Shown here: piece by piece, positions 50,310 to 60,698 of the stretch
Numbering within the stretch: position 1 is the stretch's first letter
Layout of the letters: each line of letters starts with the position of its first letter
DNA from: an uncultured Poribacteria bacterium
GTDB lineage: Bacteria; Poribacteria; WGA-4E; WGA-3G
Direction of reading: 5' to 3'
Length of the DNA: 64,000 bases
NCBI GenBank assembly: GCA_951813565.1
Contig: OX638351.1
Coordinates: forward strand, 4,736,001 to 4,800,000
Position numbers and translations under genes: made by a program
The notes under the pieces: model-generated
Database searches by the model: none
What the model was told of the DNA's origin: nothing
The model's input: the letters and a program-made list of their open reading frames with translations, nothing else

Positions 50310-50981
50310 ATGATTCAACTGCATCAAGTCAGTTTCGCTTACCAGGACCTAAGCGTTCTTGAGAGGGCAAGTTTCCGTCTTGAACGCGGCGAATTCGGCT
50401 TCCTCGTTGGCGAAAGCGGTGCTGGTAAGACAACGCTGTTAAAACTACTCTATCGCGAATTAACGCCTACTGAGGGTTCCTTAAGTGTGCTGGGACAATC
50501 CCTTGCTGATCTTACGCCTTCAACGTTGCCATTTTTTAGACGGAAAATCGGTGTAGTCTTTCAAGACTGGAAGTTAGTTAACACTAAAACAGTTGAGCAA
50601 AATCTTGCCATTCCTCAGAAGTTAATTGGCACGAAACATAGAATATTGCATGAAAACGTAAACAACCTTTTGCACCAAATGGGGTTGGTCCACCATAAAA
50701 ATGCGTTACCTACCCAAATATCAAGTAATGAAAAACAACGGCTTGCTATTGCAAGAGCGATTATCAATAGCCCGTTGTTACTTCTCGCAGATCAATCTAC
50801 AGAGACGCTTGACCCAAAACTCGCGCTTGAAATGCTTTCGCTTTTTGACACACTCAATTTTCAAGGTGTTACAGTTTTAGTCGCTACGGCAGATCCTGAA
50901 CTTCCTGAAAGATATGTCAGCACCAAAAATGCGGCGCCAAAGCGAGTTTTTAAACTCAAGGATGGCTGTATTACAACATGA
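50310..50981 (+). CDS. ftsE: FtsE-like ABC ATPase with degenerate catalytic motifs
   Basis: GESGAGKT, RRKIGVVFQD; upstream of ftsX. Confidence 0.8.
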   Translation: MIQLHQVSFAYQDLSVLERASFRLERGEFGFLVGESGAGKTTLLKLLYRELTPTEGSLSVLGQSLADLTPSTLPFFRRKIGVVFQDWKLVNTKTVEQNLAIPQKLIGTKHRILHENVNNLLHQMGLVHHKNALPTQISSNEKQRLAIARAIINSPLLLLADQSTETLDPKLALEMLSLFDTLNFQGVTVLVATADPELPERYVSTKNAAPKRVFKLKDGCITT

Positions 50982-51041
50982 CGCTTTTGTCTGTATGAAA
51001 CTGTATCTACAAGACCAAGATAGAATAAGTTCTAATTAGAA

Positions 51042-51911
51042 ATGCGATATAAAATACAAAATGTCTTTACCCATATTGGTCGCACCGGCTTAAACAATCT
51101 CTTAAGTCTCATAGCGCTCGCTTTTTTCACGGTGTTACTGAATACGTTTCTATTTATTCATAGTTCTGTCTACAAGGAACTTGATCTTAAGGAAACGGTG
51201 CCGTCACTTATCGCTTTTGCAAACGATACAGTTGTTGAAGAAGATGCCCAAGTTTTTGCAAACCAGATTCAAAAGAAAGATCACATCCTTTACATTGACT
51301 ATATCTCTAAGGAAGAAAACTTTAACAGAGCAGAAAAACAGTTTGGTAGCTTAGGCGGCTTGATTAAAAACGGAGTTTCAGACAGCAACCCCTTCCCCGC
51401 ATCCTTAGAAATATATGTTAATCCTATAGATGGTTCACGGAAAAAGTTGGAAGAGATCGCTTTTGATATAGAATCCTATGATGAAATTGATGATGTAATA
51501 TTTACAAGGCAAGGTATACTTACGGATCTATTTCGCCAGACAAACCGGACGACAATTGCAAGTATCGCCATCGCAATTCTGATCACTCTCTTTATTATCC
51601 GCGCTGCCGTTCTTAAAACTGCTCAATCTCGTCACGAAGAAATTCAACTCTTAGACCTTATCGGTGCCACACGGGTACACCTTAGAATTCCTTTCTTTAT
51701 ACACGGTATTTTCCTCGGTCTCAGCGGCACTATCTTGGGGCTAACCTGTTTCTACCTCCTCTATTGTCTCCTTACTTTCCAACTCGGTGTGCTTGAATTC
51801 CTCCCATATTATCAACTCATCAGTATTGTTGTAGCCGGTATAATAATTGGTCTGTTCGCGGGCATATTTGCCCAACGAAAGTATTTTAAATCGTATAGAA
51901 CAAATCTGTAG
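51042..51911 (+). CDS. ftsX: FtsX-like permease
   Basis: TM1, periplasmic YISKE/NP.P.S, R..EI....L.GAT...PF. Confidence 0.85.
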   Translation: MRYKIQNVFTHIGRTGLNNLLSLIALAFFTVLLNTFLFIHSSVYKELDLKETVPSLIAFANDTVVEEDAQVFANQIQKKDHILYIDYISKEENFNRAEKQFGSLGGLIKNGVSDSNPFPASLEIYVNPIDGSRKKLEEIAFDIESYDEIDDVIFTRQGILTDLFRQTNRTTIASIAIAILITLFIIRAAVLKTAQSRHEEIQLLDLIGATRVHLRIPFFIHGIFLGLSGTILGLTCFYLLYCLLTFQLGVLEFLPYYQLISIVVAGIIIGLFAGIFAQRKYFKSYRTNL

Positions 51912-51987
51912 TATGGGTAGTAAATTTGTGAAACCTCCAATGTAGGAAGACAAATAGGTATCCACCGTATAAAAATCAGTTGTTTTA

Positions 51988-52076
51988 TACCAAATTACCC
52001 TAAATCGTAGGGGCGGGTCTCTGTGCCCGCCCTTACCATCGGCAGTGAAAACAATACAATTCTCGTTAATTTGGTA
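51988..52076. mobile_element. 89-bp family-B MITE with TTA duplication
   Basis: Twin of 24261-24349. Confidence 0.9.
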
Positions 52077-52154
52077 TTAGTTCTCGGTTATCAGTAAAAC
52101 AGTCTCTTCTGAAAGATAACCGTCTTTTAATGTACTTATGTGGTAGCACACATT

Positions 52155-52467
52155 TATAGTAAAATCCATAATTGTTTGGACACTACGAATCAACGCCTCA
52201 TGCGCCAAATCAAGAAATCAACGGTATGAATCATGGCGAATCATGTAGAATACCAAAAGCGTATTCTACCAAGCGCATTCGTCTTTAGTCATTCACCGGG
52301 TATGAATGCCCTTTGGCATTCCCCGTCCGGCATTCGTCCAAATCAACGCTGAATACACCTATGGCATTTGTCGGGTCGCTCCTATAGGAAGAGGCGCAAT
52401 GAATTGCGCGACTACAAACGCCTCTAACCTTAAGAAAATGTAGAAGGTATTTTTAGACTTTACTATA
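52155..52467. mobile_element. Family-A MITE with micro-hairpin array, flanked by 25-bp direct repeats
   Basis: atgtacttatgtggtag(c/a)acacatt at 52130-52154 and 52468-52492. Confidence 0.8.
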
Positions 52468-52529
52468 ATGTACTTATGTGGTAGAACACATTTAAATCAC
52501 ACCGAATCTATACAATTTAATTATAGGGC

Positions 52530-54311
52530 ATGACTTATACCATGAAAAACATAGAAATTAGCAATATATTCAGCAATATCGGAGAACTTTTACAAATCCG
52601 AGGAGACGCTTCGTTTCGAATTAGATCTTACGAAAAAGCTGCTGATATAATTGAGGGATTAACTGTTGATGTTGGTGAACTAATTGAGGCAGGAAAATTC
52701 CAAAATATCTCTGGAATCGGCAAAACAATTGAGGAAAAGACACGAGAGATCATTGAAACTGGCACCTGCCAAGCTTATGAAAAACTCATCGCGGAGATGG
52801 GATTGGAGGTCCTGGATCTTTTGGATATCCAAGGGATTGGGAGCAAAACAGCAAGCCGACTCTATAACGAACTTGGCATTAAAAATCTAAATCAACTCGC
52901 TGAAGCACTTGAAGATGGAAAACTGCAAGGCATGAAAGGATTAGGAAAAAAGACGCTTGAAACCATCTCAGAAAGTCTCAAATTCCTAAACACTTATCGT
53001 GGTACACGTCTGATTTCACAAACCATAAACCTTGCTGGAAAACTCTCTGAAGTTTTCAAAAGTTGTGAAGCGTTAGCGCGGCACGAATTTACTGGTAATT
53101 TACGCAGACGCGAAGAGGTATGTCGTAGTCTTGAAGTTGTGGTTGAATGTACCGAGGACATTGGTACAACACAAAACACACTCATTGAACACCTTGCTAC
53201 GCATCAGGAACAACTTACAGTTCAAATGGTAGATACCCCCCAAGATACACCTATTGGAACACTGCAATTACAACCTTTACAGAAAATTCACCTCCTTATT
53301 AACAACGATTTTCCAGGAACGATTTACCTGTGTTCAGCTGCTCATTACGAGGCAACACTGTTCCTAACAACAGCAACGGACGAACATCTCGCAGCGCTCC
53401 CCACTGATACACCTTTAAAAATTAGTGATCTAAGCAAAGCACCAGATTTTTGGCAAGAGACTCAGAATAACACCGAAACAGAAATATATAGCAAATTGGG
53501 TATGTCTTATATCCCTCCAGAACTTCGCCAATTTCCCGACTCGGTTGCGTTAGCAGTGGAAAACAAGCTGCCATCGCTTGTTGAATTCAATGACATACGA
53601 GGTGATTTACATACCCATACTGATTGGAGTGATGGCGCACATACTATGAATGAGATGGTGGCGGCAGCCATAAAACGCGGTCTTGAATACTACGCTATCA
53701 CGGATCATTCTGTCTCCTCTTCAGTTGCCAACGGCTTGGATCAGGGACGTTTGTTGGCACAGATGAAGCAGGTACGTGAATTAGATGCTGCAACCGAAGG
53801 TATCACAATTTTAGCAGGTTCTGAAGTGGATATTCGCAGAGATGGCACACTTGATTTTACTGACGAGATTCTCGCGCAACTTGATATTGTTGTAGCGAGT
53901 GTTCATAGCCATTTTACGTTATCCGAAGCAGAGATGACAAAACGGATGATCCGCGCGATTGAAAATCCGTATGTCAAAATCATTGGACATCCGACAGGAC
54001 GATTGCTCGGTAGAAGACCGATGTATCCGATTAATCTCAATGAGATTATCAGTGCTGCAGCAGAAAACAACACCATTCTGGAGATTAATGGTTCACCGAG
54101 TCGTTTAGATTTGGGACCAGAATATGTCCGTAAGGCAAAAGAGGCGGGTGTTCTCATTGCTATTAACACAGACGCACACTCTGTCCCAGAATTTGAACGT
54201 TATCAATATGGTGTAAACGTAGCACGTCGTAGTGGATTAACGCAGGATGATGTCATCAATACATATTCTTTAGAAAAGTTGCGCGGGACTTTACACAACA
54301 ATGTAAGCTGA
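52530..54311 (+). CDS. polX: PolX/PHP family protein (non-canonical polymerase site)
   Basis: N-terminal lyase and HhH motifs, YIPPELR, PHP motifs HTHT, TDH, HPTGR, NTDAH. Confidence 0.9.
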   Translation: MTYTMKNIEISNIFSNIGELLQIRGDASFRIRSYEKAADIIEGLTVDVGELIEAGKFQNISGIGKTIEEKTREIIETGTCQAYEKLIAEMGLEVLDLLDIQGIGSKTASRLYNELGIKNLNQLAEALEDGKLQGMKGLGKKTLETISESLKFLNTYRGTRLISQTINLAGKLSEVFKSCEALARHEFTGNLRRREEVCRSLEVVVECTEDIGTTQNTLIEHLATHQEQLTVQMVDTPQDTPIGTLQLQPLQKIHLLINNDFPGTIYLCSAAHYEATLFLTTATDEHLAALPTDTPLKISDLSKAPDFWQETQNNTETEIYSKLGMSYIPPELRQFPDSVALAVENKLPSLVEFNDIRGDLHTHTDWSDGAHTMNEMVAAAIKRGLEYYAITDHSVSSSVANGLDQGRLLAQMKQVRELDAATEGITILAGSEVDIRRDGTLDFTDEILAQLDIVVASVHSHFTLSEAEMTKRMIRAIENPYVKIIGHPTGRLLGRRPMYPINLNEIISAAAENNTILEINGSPSRLDLGPEYVRKAKEAGVLIAINTDAHSVPEFERYQYGVNVARRSGLTQDDVINTYSLEKLRGTLHNNVS

Positions 54312-54324
54312 AAGGAGTTTTATC

Positions 54325-56256
54325 GTGAAACGAACGAGACTTGCACCTGCAAAACGCGCTATCATTATCGGTATGGATGGGGCAAGCATGGAACTGGTCA
54401 ACAACATGATTGCGTGGGGACACGCCCCGAATATGGCAAAATTACGTGATGCAGGTGTCTACCGTGCGATGATTGGCGTATTTCCTACATTGACTCCACC
54501 CGGATGGACCGCGCTCTCCACGGGTTCTTGGCCCGGCACGCATCGGGTAATGGATTTTAACATTCGTGCCATCGGGGAACAACTGAATAAAACGGTCTGG
54601 GGTATTAACACTGGATTGTGCCAATCCGAATATCTCTGGAATCTTGTTGAGCGGGCAGGTGGAAAACCGATTCTGGTGAAATGGGAAATGTCTTGGCCTC
54701 CCACTGTCCAAACAGGCATTCAGGTGGAGGGAACTGGCCCTGGCGTTTCAAACCATCATCAAATTGCGGGCTATCATCTTTTTGTTGCGGGCAAGTGGGC
54801 ACCCCGTCCTATCGGTGGGCAGCGCGATCCAGAAACACTTGACCCCAGCGCATTACAGAAAGTTAAACACATTGATCCGGTAACGATCAGACCGGTTGAT
54901 ACAAGCAAATGGGAAGGGATGCTGCCTGATTCTAACAAACCTGTGCAGGAGGTAGAGCTCACTATCCAACCTTTAGCACGCGGTAGAGAGAATATGAATC
55001 GCGGCAAATCGGGCACTCCTAAATCTTTTTATGGAATAATTTATGCTTCCGGTCAAGACGGTTACGATAGAATACGCGTATGTAGCAGTCGTTCTATAGA
55101 TAATGTTATCGCGGACCTTGGTATTGGTGATTGGAGTGATTGGTGGTTGGATACGTTTGAAATTGATGGCAGTGATGTTGAAGGCTATGTTCGCATGAAA
55201 CTGGTCACGTTGACGGCAACGGCAGATGCCTTTGAGCTCTTTGTGCCACAGATTTGGCCCAGAACAGACTACACTGTGCCTTCAGAGGTGGCGGCTTCAA
55301 TTGACCAAAATGTCGGTTCATTTCTCCAAAATCCTGCCCGTGACGCACTCGGACAGGTGGACGATGGGACCTATTTTGAGCTATTAGATTACCACCACCA
55401 ACGTTTGGCAGATGTTGCGACACATCTTGCATCCGAAAACGATTGGGATGTTCTTATGGTAGAGACACATGCGCCGGACTACGCGAGTCACTTCTTTCTC
55501 AGCCAAGCGGATGAAATCAGTGGTGCCGCGCCCGAAACTATCCATCGCTGTCGAGAGGGATTGCGCCGCACTTATGAGTCTGTTGATCAGATGATTGGAC
55601 AAATTGCAGAACTTGCGGATGACGAGACAGTTGTCCTCATCTGCGCTGATCACGGCGGCACACCAAATCAATTCCGTGCTATAGATATTGAAAAAGTATT
55701 GGAAGAGACAGGGTTCATTGTTAAAGGGACAGATGGTGCAATAGATTGGACGAAGACACGGGCACTCAACGTTGGATTGGTGCATATTTTTATCAACCTT
55801 GCTGGTCGTGAACCGAACGGTATTGTTTCACAGGAGGATTACGAAGCAACACAACGTGAGATTATTGCAGCGCTACATGCCTACCGTGATGCGGAAACAG
55901 GGAGACATCCGTTTTCATTGGCGGTGACCCGAGCAGATGCAGAGATGTTAAACCTACAAGGTGACCTCGTTGGTGATGTTGTTTATGCACTGCTTCCAGA
56001 ATTTGATGGTGCACACGGCAAGCAGTTGCCATCGGTTAGCTTCGGCATCGGGGGTCAGCATTCAACGTTTATTCTCTCTGGTGCGGGTGTTCGGAAAGGT
56101 GACGCCTTAGACAGGCAGGTACGCGTGGTGGATGTTGCACCAACAATCTGCTATCTGTTAGGATTGCCGATGCCTACAAATGTTGAAGGTGGCGTAGTTT
56201 ATGAAGCGTTAGTGGACCCAAATTGGCATCTCACGCGACTTGCGGAATTAGAATAG
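54325..56256 (+). CDS. Alkaline-phosphatase superfamily, nucleotide pyrophosphatase/phosphodiesterase-like
   Basis: IGMDG, PTLTPPGW...TG, D...H, ADHG, DVAPT. Confidence 0.85.
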   Translation: MKRTRLAPAKRAIIIGMDGASMELVNNMIAWGHAPNMAKLRDAGVYRAMIGVFPTLTPPGWTALSTGSWPGTHRVMDFNIRAIGEQLNKTVWGINTGLCQSEYLWNLVERAGGKPILVKWEMSWPPTVQTGIQVEGTGPGVSNHHQIAGYHLFVAGKWAPRPIGGQRDPETLDPSALQKVKHIDPVTIRPVDTSKWEGMLPDSNKPVQEVELTIQPLARGRENMNRGKSGTPKSFYGIIYASGQDGYDRIRVCSSRSIDNVIADLGIGDWSDWWLDTFEIDGSDVEGYVRMKLVTLTATADAFELFVPQIWPRTDYTVPSEVAASIDQNVGSFLQNPARDALGQVDDGTYFELLDYHHQRLADVATHLASENDWDVLMVETHAPDYASHFFLSQADEISGAAPETIHRCREGLRRTYESVDQMIGQIAELADDETVVLICADHGGTPNQFRAIDIEKVLEETGFIVKGTDGAIDWTKTRALNVGLVHIFINLAGREPNGIVSQEDYEATQREIIAALHAYRDAETGRHPFSLAVTRADAEMLNLQGDLVGDVVYALLPEFDGAHGKQLPSVSFGIGGQHSTFILSGAGVRKGDALDRQVRVVDVAPTICYLLGLPMPTNVEGGVVYEALVDPNWHLTRLAELE

Positions 56257-56558
56257 TAATAGATATTGATCGGGTACAACTCTGGACTATAAGAGGGAGA
56301 AAAAGCAAGCAGGACCGAAACAAATACTTTGCTCCATGAATCAACGCCAAATGCGCTTTTGGGTATTTGGCGGCATGTGCGGACTACCTTTAAGCACATA
56401 TTTAACATCGGAATTATTTATACACACACCCTCATACATAATTGGAAAGTGTAGCAGAGATTGAAATTATTAAAAGTGTAAATATATACAAGAAATGGTA
56501 TCATTCCTTAAAACTATTCCAGTAAAATGTTTATTTTAATTTGACAAATGATTATATT

Positions 56559-56599
56559 GATAATGACATTCATTTTCATTGATATTGAGTATCATTATT
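56559..56599. promoter_or_regulatory. Two tandem Fur-box-like operators
   Basis: gataatgacattcattttc and gatattgagtatcattatt versus consensus GATAATGATAATCATTATC. Confidence 0.65.
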
Positions 56600-56724
56600 A
56601 TATATACACATAATGGAAAAAACAATATTTCAGTATAGCATTGCGTGGAATGATCGTATAATTTCCTAATTGCAGATAATTATCTACCATTTTGAGCAAT
56701 GTAAAAAAATGAGAAAATTGCAGA

Positions 56725-56955
56725 TATAGTGGATTTTACAATTAAACGGACATTGTCACTCGGCACGGACAAGGTGTTCTACAGTTTTAAAGTCGCGACC
56801 TGCGAATCAACGCCAAATGCGCCAAATCAAGAAATCAAAGGTATGAATCATGGCATTTGTCGGGTCGCTCTACAGGAAGAGGCGCAATGAATTGCGCGAC
56901 TACGAACGCATCAAACCTATAAAGAACTGTCCAAGTAATTTTAGATTTCACTATA
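56725..56955. mobile_element. Family-A MITE
   Basis: Ends shared with 23957-24457. Confidence 0.8.
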
Positions 56956-57049
56956 ATTTAAAAATAATTAGGTAAAACTCTTAAGTTGTTACATTTTTGG
57001 GGATATAGGCGAGCATGACACACCCGCCCGACAACCAAGAATCCTGTAA

Positions 57050-57163
57050 TTAACGGTTCTGTAAGAGTTCTTTCAATGCTGCTTTTTTCTTTTTTAAACG
57101 GCGTAACTGACGTTGGCGAATTTGTGTGCGCCGTCTGATCTGTCCACTTTTACTCCGTGCCAT
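57050..57163 (-). CDS. 37-aa highly basic peptide
   Basis: GGAGGT SD, ATG overlapping the upstream gene end; MARSKSGQIRRRTQIRQRQLRRLKRKKAALKELLQNR. Confidence 0.65.
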   Translation of the reverse strand: MARSKSGQIRRRTQIRQRQLRRLKKKKAALKELLQNR

Positions 57164-58274
57164 CAGTGTCACCTCCTTCTTCGTAAGTTTTAGCGAGAAA
57201 CATCAAAGCCGATTGGCAATGGGTTTCCAGTTCTTTCATTGCTACATTCAATTCAGTTTCAGAATGCGCGTGGAGTTGTATCCGACTTTCGGTTACTGTG
57301 ATATAAAGTTCATGGTCCTCGTTGAAAAAATCAAGTTGTGCCGCTGTCTCTTTTTTAAGGGTTTGTCCCTCCCATGTTTCCAAAACTTCCTTGATTGCTA
57401 AACCGTCAAAATTTTTGTAAAGTGCTTTCGCAGGCAGTGAATCGGGTGAAGGTGCAGGTTGTGACACAGACGGTTCTGGTAAGGTTGGAACAGGCAATGT
57501 GTCTGTGCTATCAATTGGTTGTGATTCAACATTTGCAGAAGATGGATCTTTTGCGATAGCATCTGATAACATATTTGACAGTGTTTTGTCCGGTTGGGAT
57601 CCGGAATCTTCGTTTTCAAGAACTTCCGAAAGGATGTTTCTTACAACAGGATGTTCCTCATTTAAAGGGGGCGGATCTTCAACCATCAGGCAGAGCGTTT
57701 GCATGACAACACCTTGGATTAACGGATGTTCCACGAAAATGTCACGCGGTGCTACTTCAAATAGGGATTGTGTAACAAATGCGACATCTGCAAGATCACG
57801 ATTTCCTATCCGTCTGAGGCGGTTTTCACACGCAGTTAGGGCAGAAAATAAAGTCCGCGTAAATTTAGGTGTGATCAGACGAGGGAGAACTTCTGTGCGG
57901 AATCTTTCACAAATTTCGTCTGAATCTTGTATCTCATGATCTTTGAGAAGTTGTGTATCCTCAGCTACTTCTAAGGTTTCAAGTTCAGCATTAACTGGAA
58001 ATTTAGGTTTTAATTCAACTTTTTCGTCTTTAAGAAATATCACTACCTCATCGTACATCAAGTCAAGATCAAAGTGTAGTCTTTCAAGTTCTGGCTCTTC
58101 AAGCAAATCACGGCTTTTTATAAGATACGTGAATAGACGCTCCTCGTCCATCTTTTCATAAGGAAGTCTTCGTTGCTTTTCAATTGCCAATTGTTTATGT
58201 CTGGATTTTCGGTCACGATTCCGTTTTTCCCGCTTTCGGGCAACGTTCGCCGACCTACCTTTTTTCTTTGCCAT
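57150..58274 (-). CDS. Hypothetical protein with basic N-terminus
   Basis: 374-aa ORF; no family recognised. Confidence 0.75.
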   Translation of the reverse strand: MAKKKGRSANVARKREKRNRDRKSRHKQLAIEKQRRLPYEKMDEERLFTYLIKSRDLLEEPELERLHFDLDLMYDEVVIFLKDEKVELKPKFPVNAELETLEVAEDTQLLKDHEIQDSDEICERFRTEVLPRLITPKFTRTLFSALTACENRLRRIGNRDLADVAFVTQSLFEVAPRDIFVEHPLIQGVVMQTLCLMVEDPPPLNEEHPVVRNILSEVLENEDSGSQPDKTLSNMLSDAIAKDPSSANVESQPIDSTDTLPVPTLPEPSVSQPAPSPDSLPAKALYKNFDGLAIKEVLETWEGQTLKKETAAQLDFFNEDHELYITVTESRIQLHAHSETELNVAMKELETHCQSALMFLAKTYEEGGDTDGTE

Positions 58275-58440
58275 GATAATATAATTGTACTTGATTGAAT
58301 TGTCACATTTTACATTCCACGAAACATGTAATCCGATCTGAATTTTGTATCTATTAAGTATACATAAACACTACCTTACTGTCAATATAAATTTTTGTGA
58401 AGATCGTTGGCGTAGAGAAATATAAACCGTATAGATGGCT

Positions 58441-59248
58441 TATAGTGAAACCTAAAATAATTAGACACTTTCCTCCCACGGTAGGCGAGGAATGCTTAAA
58501 TGGCATTCCCTGTATAACATTCGCCATGATTTGTAGCATTGATTTGGAGGTTTACTAATACCAATTCTAAAATACAATGTCCCATTTACCATACTGTAAT
58601 TTAATGGAATATCAACAGAAGAAAGAATGTCCGAGGCGACAAGTCATGGCGAATACCATACGGGGAGTGCCTAATACCACATTAACTTGATTCATATTTA
58701 TGGAGCAGTTAGGAAAACGTACCTTATGCGTCAATTTAAGGATATACCCTCTTGTGGGAGGGAATCAACGCAGCATGCGCGTTTGGCATGCTGCCAAATC
58801 AACGCCAAATGCGCTTTTTGGCATTTGGCGGGTTTTCAACCCCGATTTTCTTCTGTAGGAGCGACCTCCCGGTCGCGAGCTGGAGCTCGCTCCTACAGAA
58901 TGTCCGAGGCAACAAGTCATGGCGAATACCACGCGTATTCGCCCAAGTGCGCTTGGCGTTGATTTGGCAATGAATTGCGCGACTACAAACGCTTTTTTTC
59001 TTAAATTGACAGTTATGGAGCGGTTAGGAAACCGCTCCTACCGTCCGGAAAATGCGATAAATCCCGTTAATTTGGTATAAATGGCATTCATACCGTTGAT
59101 TTGGCGTATTCGCCCAAGTGCGCTTGGCGTTGATTTGGCAATGAATTGCGCGACTACGAACGCGTTTTTGTTAATGAGAAGTTATTATTTAGAAATGGTA
59201 TAACCTCGCTGGTGCGGCGTGTCCGATTAATTTCTAAAGCCTACTATA
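58441..59248. mobile_element. Multi-level nested MITE stack
   Basis: Family A > family B (58559-59200) > family B (58675-59077) > family C (58722-59020) > REPs with micro-hairpins. Confidence 0.8.
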
Positions 59249-59316
59249 AATAGGTATTGATAAAAAGAAAAGGCAGATACCCAAAATGGATACCTGCCTG
59301 TAGAAGTTGTCGGTAT

Positions 59317-60689
59317 TTAGTCACAAAGATCACACGTATGTGAAGGTTCACTACATTTGTGGTGGGCGGTCGTCCATGTTGGACAATAAGGTGTGACGTC
59401 CCCGCAATCTTTCCACGTCCCACCACACCATTTGCATGTCTTAGTTCGGTGAAAATCCACCTGCGATTGCACAGTGGTATCATAGGTATGCCCATACGCA
59501 CACGTCATATACTGCGACTGAGGTTCGGGATACTGGTGCATATGAGACTGACACGCATAGTAGCCCCCAACGGTACAAGTATTTCCGTTCGCATCGGTTA
59601 CATAGCAGTAAGTGTAAGAATGATCTGAACCATCACACACATAGTGACCAGAGTAGCCACAACCCGCAGCAGAATGATCCCCCGATTGCCACGTCTCATG
59701 AGAACCGCACATGTGGTAGGACGGCGCAGGCGTTGGTTCGGACGTTGGTTCTTGGAATTCATTTTGTGTCGTCTCTTCCGTGCTGTCATCATCGTCATCA
59801 GAATGCTTCGTTTCCCAGTTTATCCAGTCAGACCAATTATGATCTTTCTTGGGTCCAACACACCGCCTAAAACCATCTCCGCAAGTGTTGGTCACACCCG
59901 ATCCGTTTGTAAAGTCTCTGGTGCAGCTGCGCACTCTATGCCTATCATTTGCCGCTGTATCACAGGTGTAGTAGGCAATCCCATCCCCCGAAATAAGCGT
60001 TCTTATAGCCGTAAGCGTCGACTTCTTCGCCACAGACCTCGCGATGCGTATAGAAAGCCTCATGCGGTGTGCCATAAGACACGTTACACACAGTCTTACC
60101 CGCAGCGTGGTTACTCCGACACAAAAATGATGGCAAACTATCACGACACGTCTTCGTGTCTTTAGAAGGCACGAAATGATTGGTGTTAGATGGGGACGCA
60201 GCATCATGGTGCTGGGCATAATGCTTATTGACAGTCTTTTCAGCATACGCATGTGCACTATAATACACAGAAACCATCCGATAAAATAGGTCTATCGCTC
60301 TTCACATTAGATAACTCATCACTATACAAATCCATTAGACTCTTATTCGCATAGTAGGACCTCATTTCTGATTCAAGTCTACCGTCTAATCCACCCGTTA
60401 AAGCCCAAAAACCTGTACCCATCGCTTCTATAAGAAAGTTGGGAGCCGTTTTTCGACGGTTCTCATCTAACATCGTTGCCCATTTGGCACTTGCCCTGTC
60501 TACAAGATCCCACGCTGAATTCACATCAACTTCTTGCTGAATGACTTGACCTTCCGTTGCGATCAAATCGAGCACAGCATTAATGGGGATTATGTCATCA
60601 ATGGGCGTCGCAAAGGACGAAACGGTGCAGAAACTGAAAATAGATAGACAAATAACGTAAAATCCGATCATTAAAATATTTTTTCGCAT
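59317..60689 (-). pseudogene. Secreted Cys/His-rich protein split by two frameshifts
   Basis: Three consecutive overlapping frames (60258-60689, 59960-60277, C-terminal part of 59317-60258) join near T4 (~60283) and C5 (~59985). Confidence 0.6.
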
Positions 60690-60698
60690 AATATCCTC

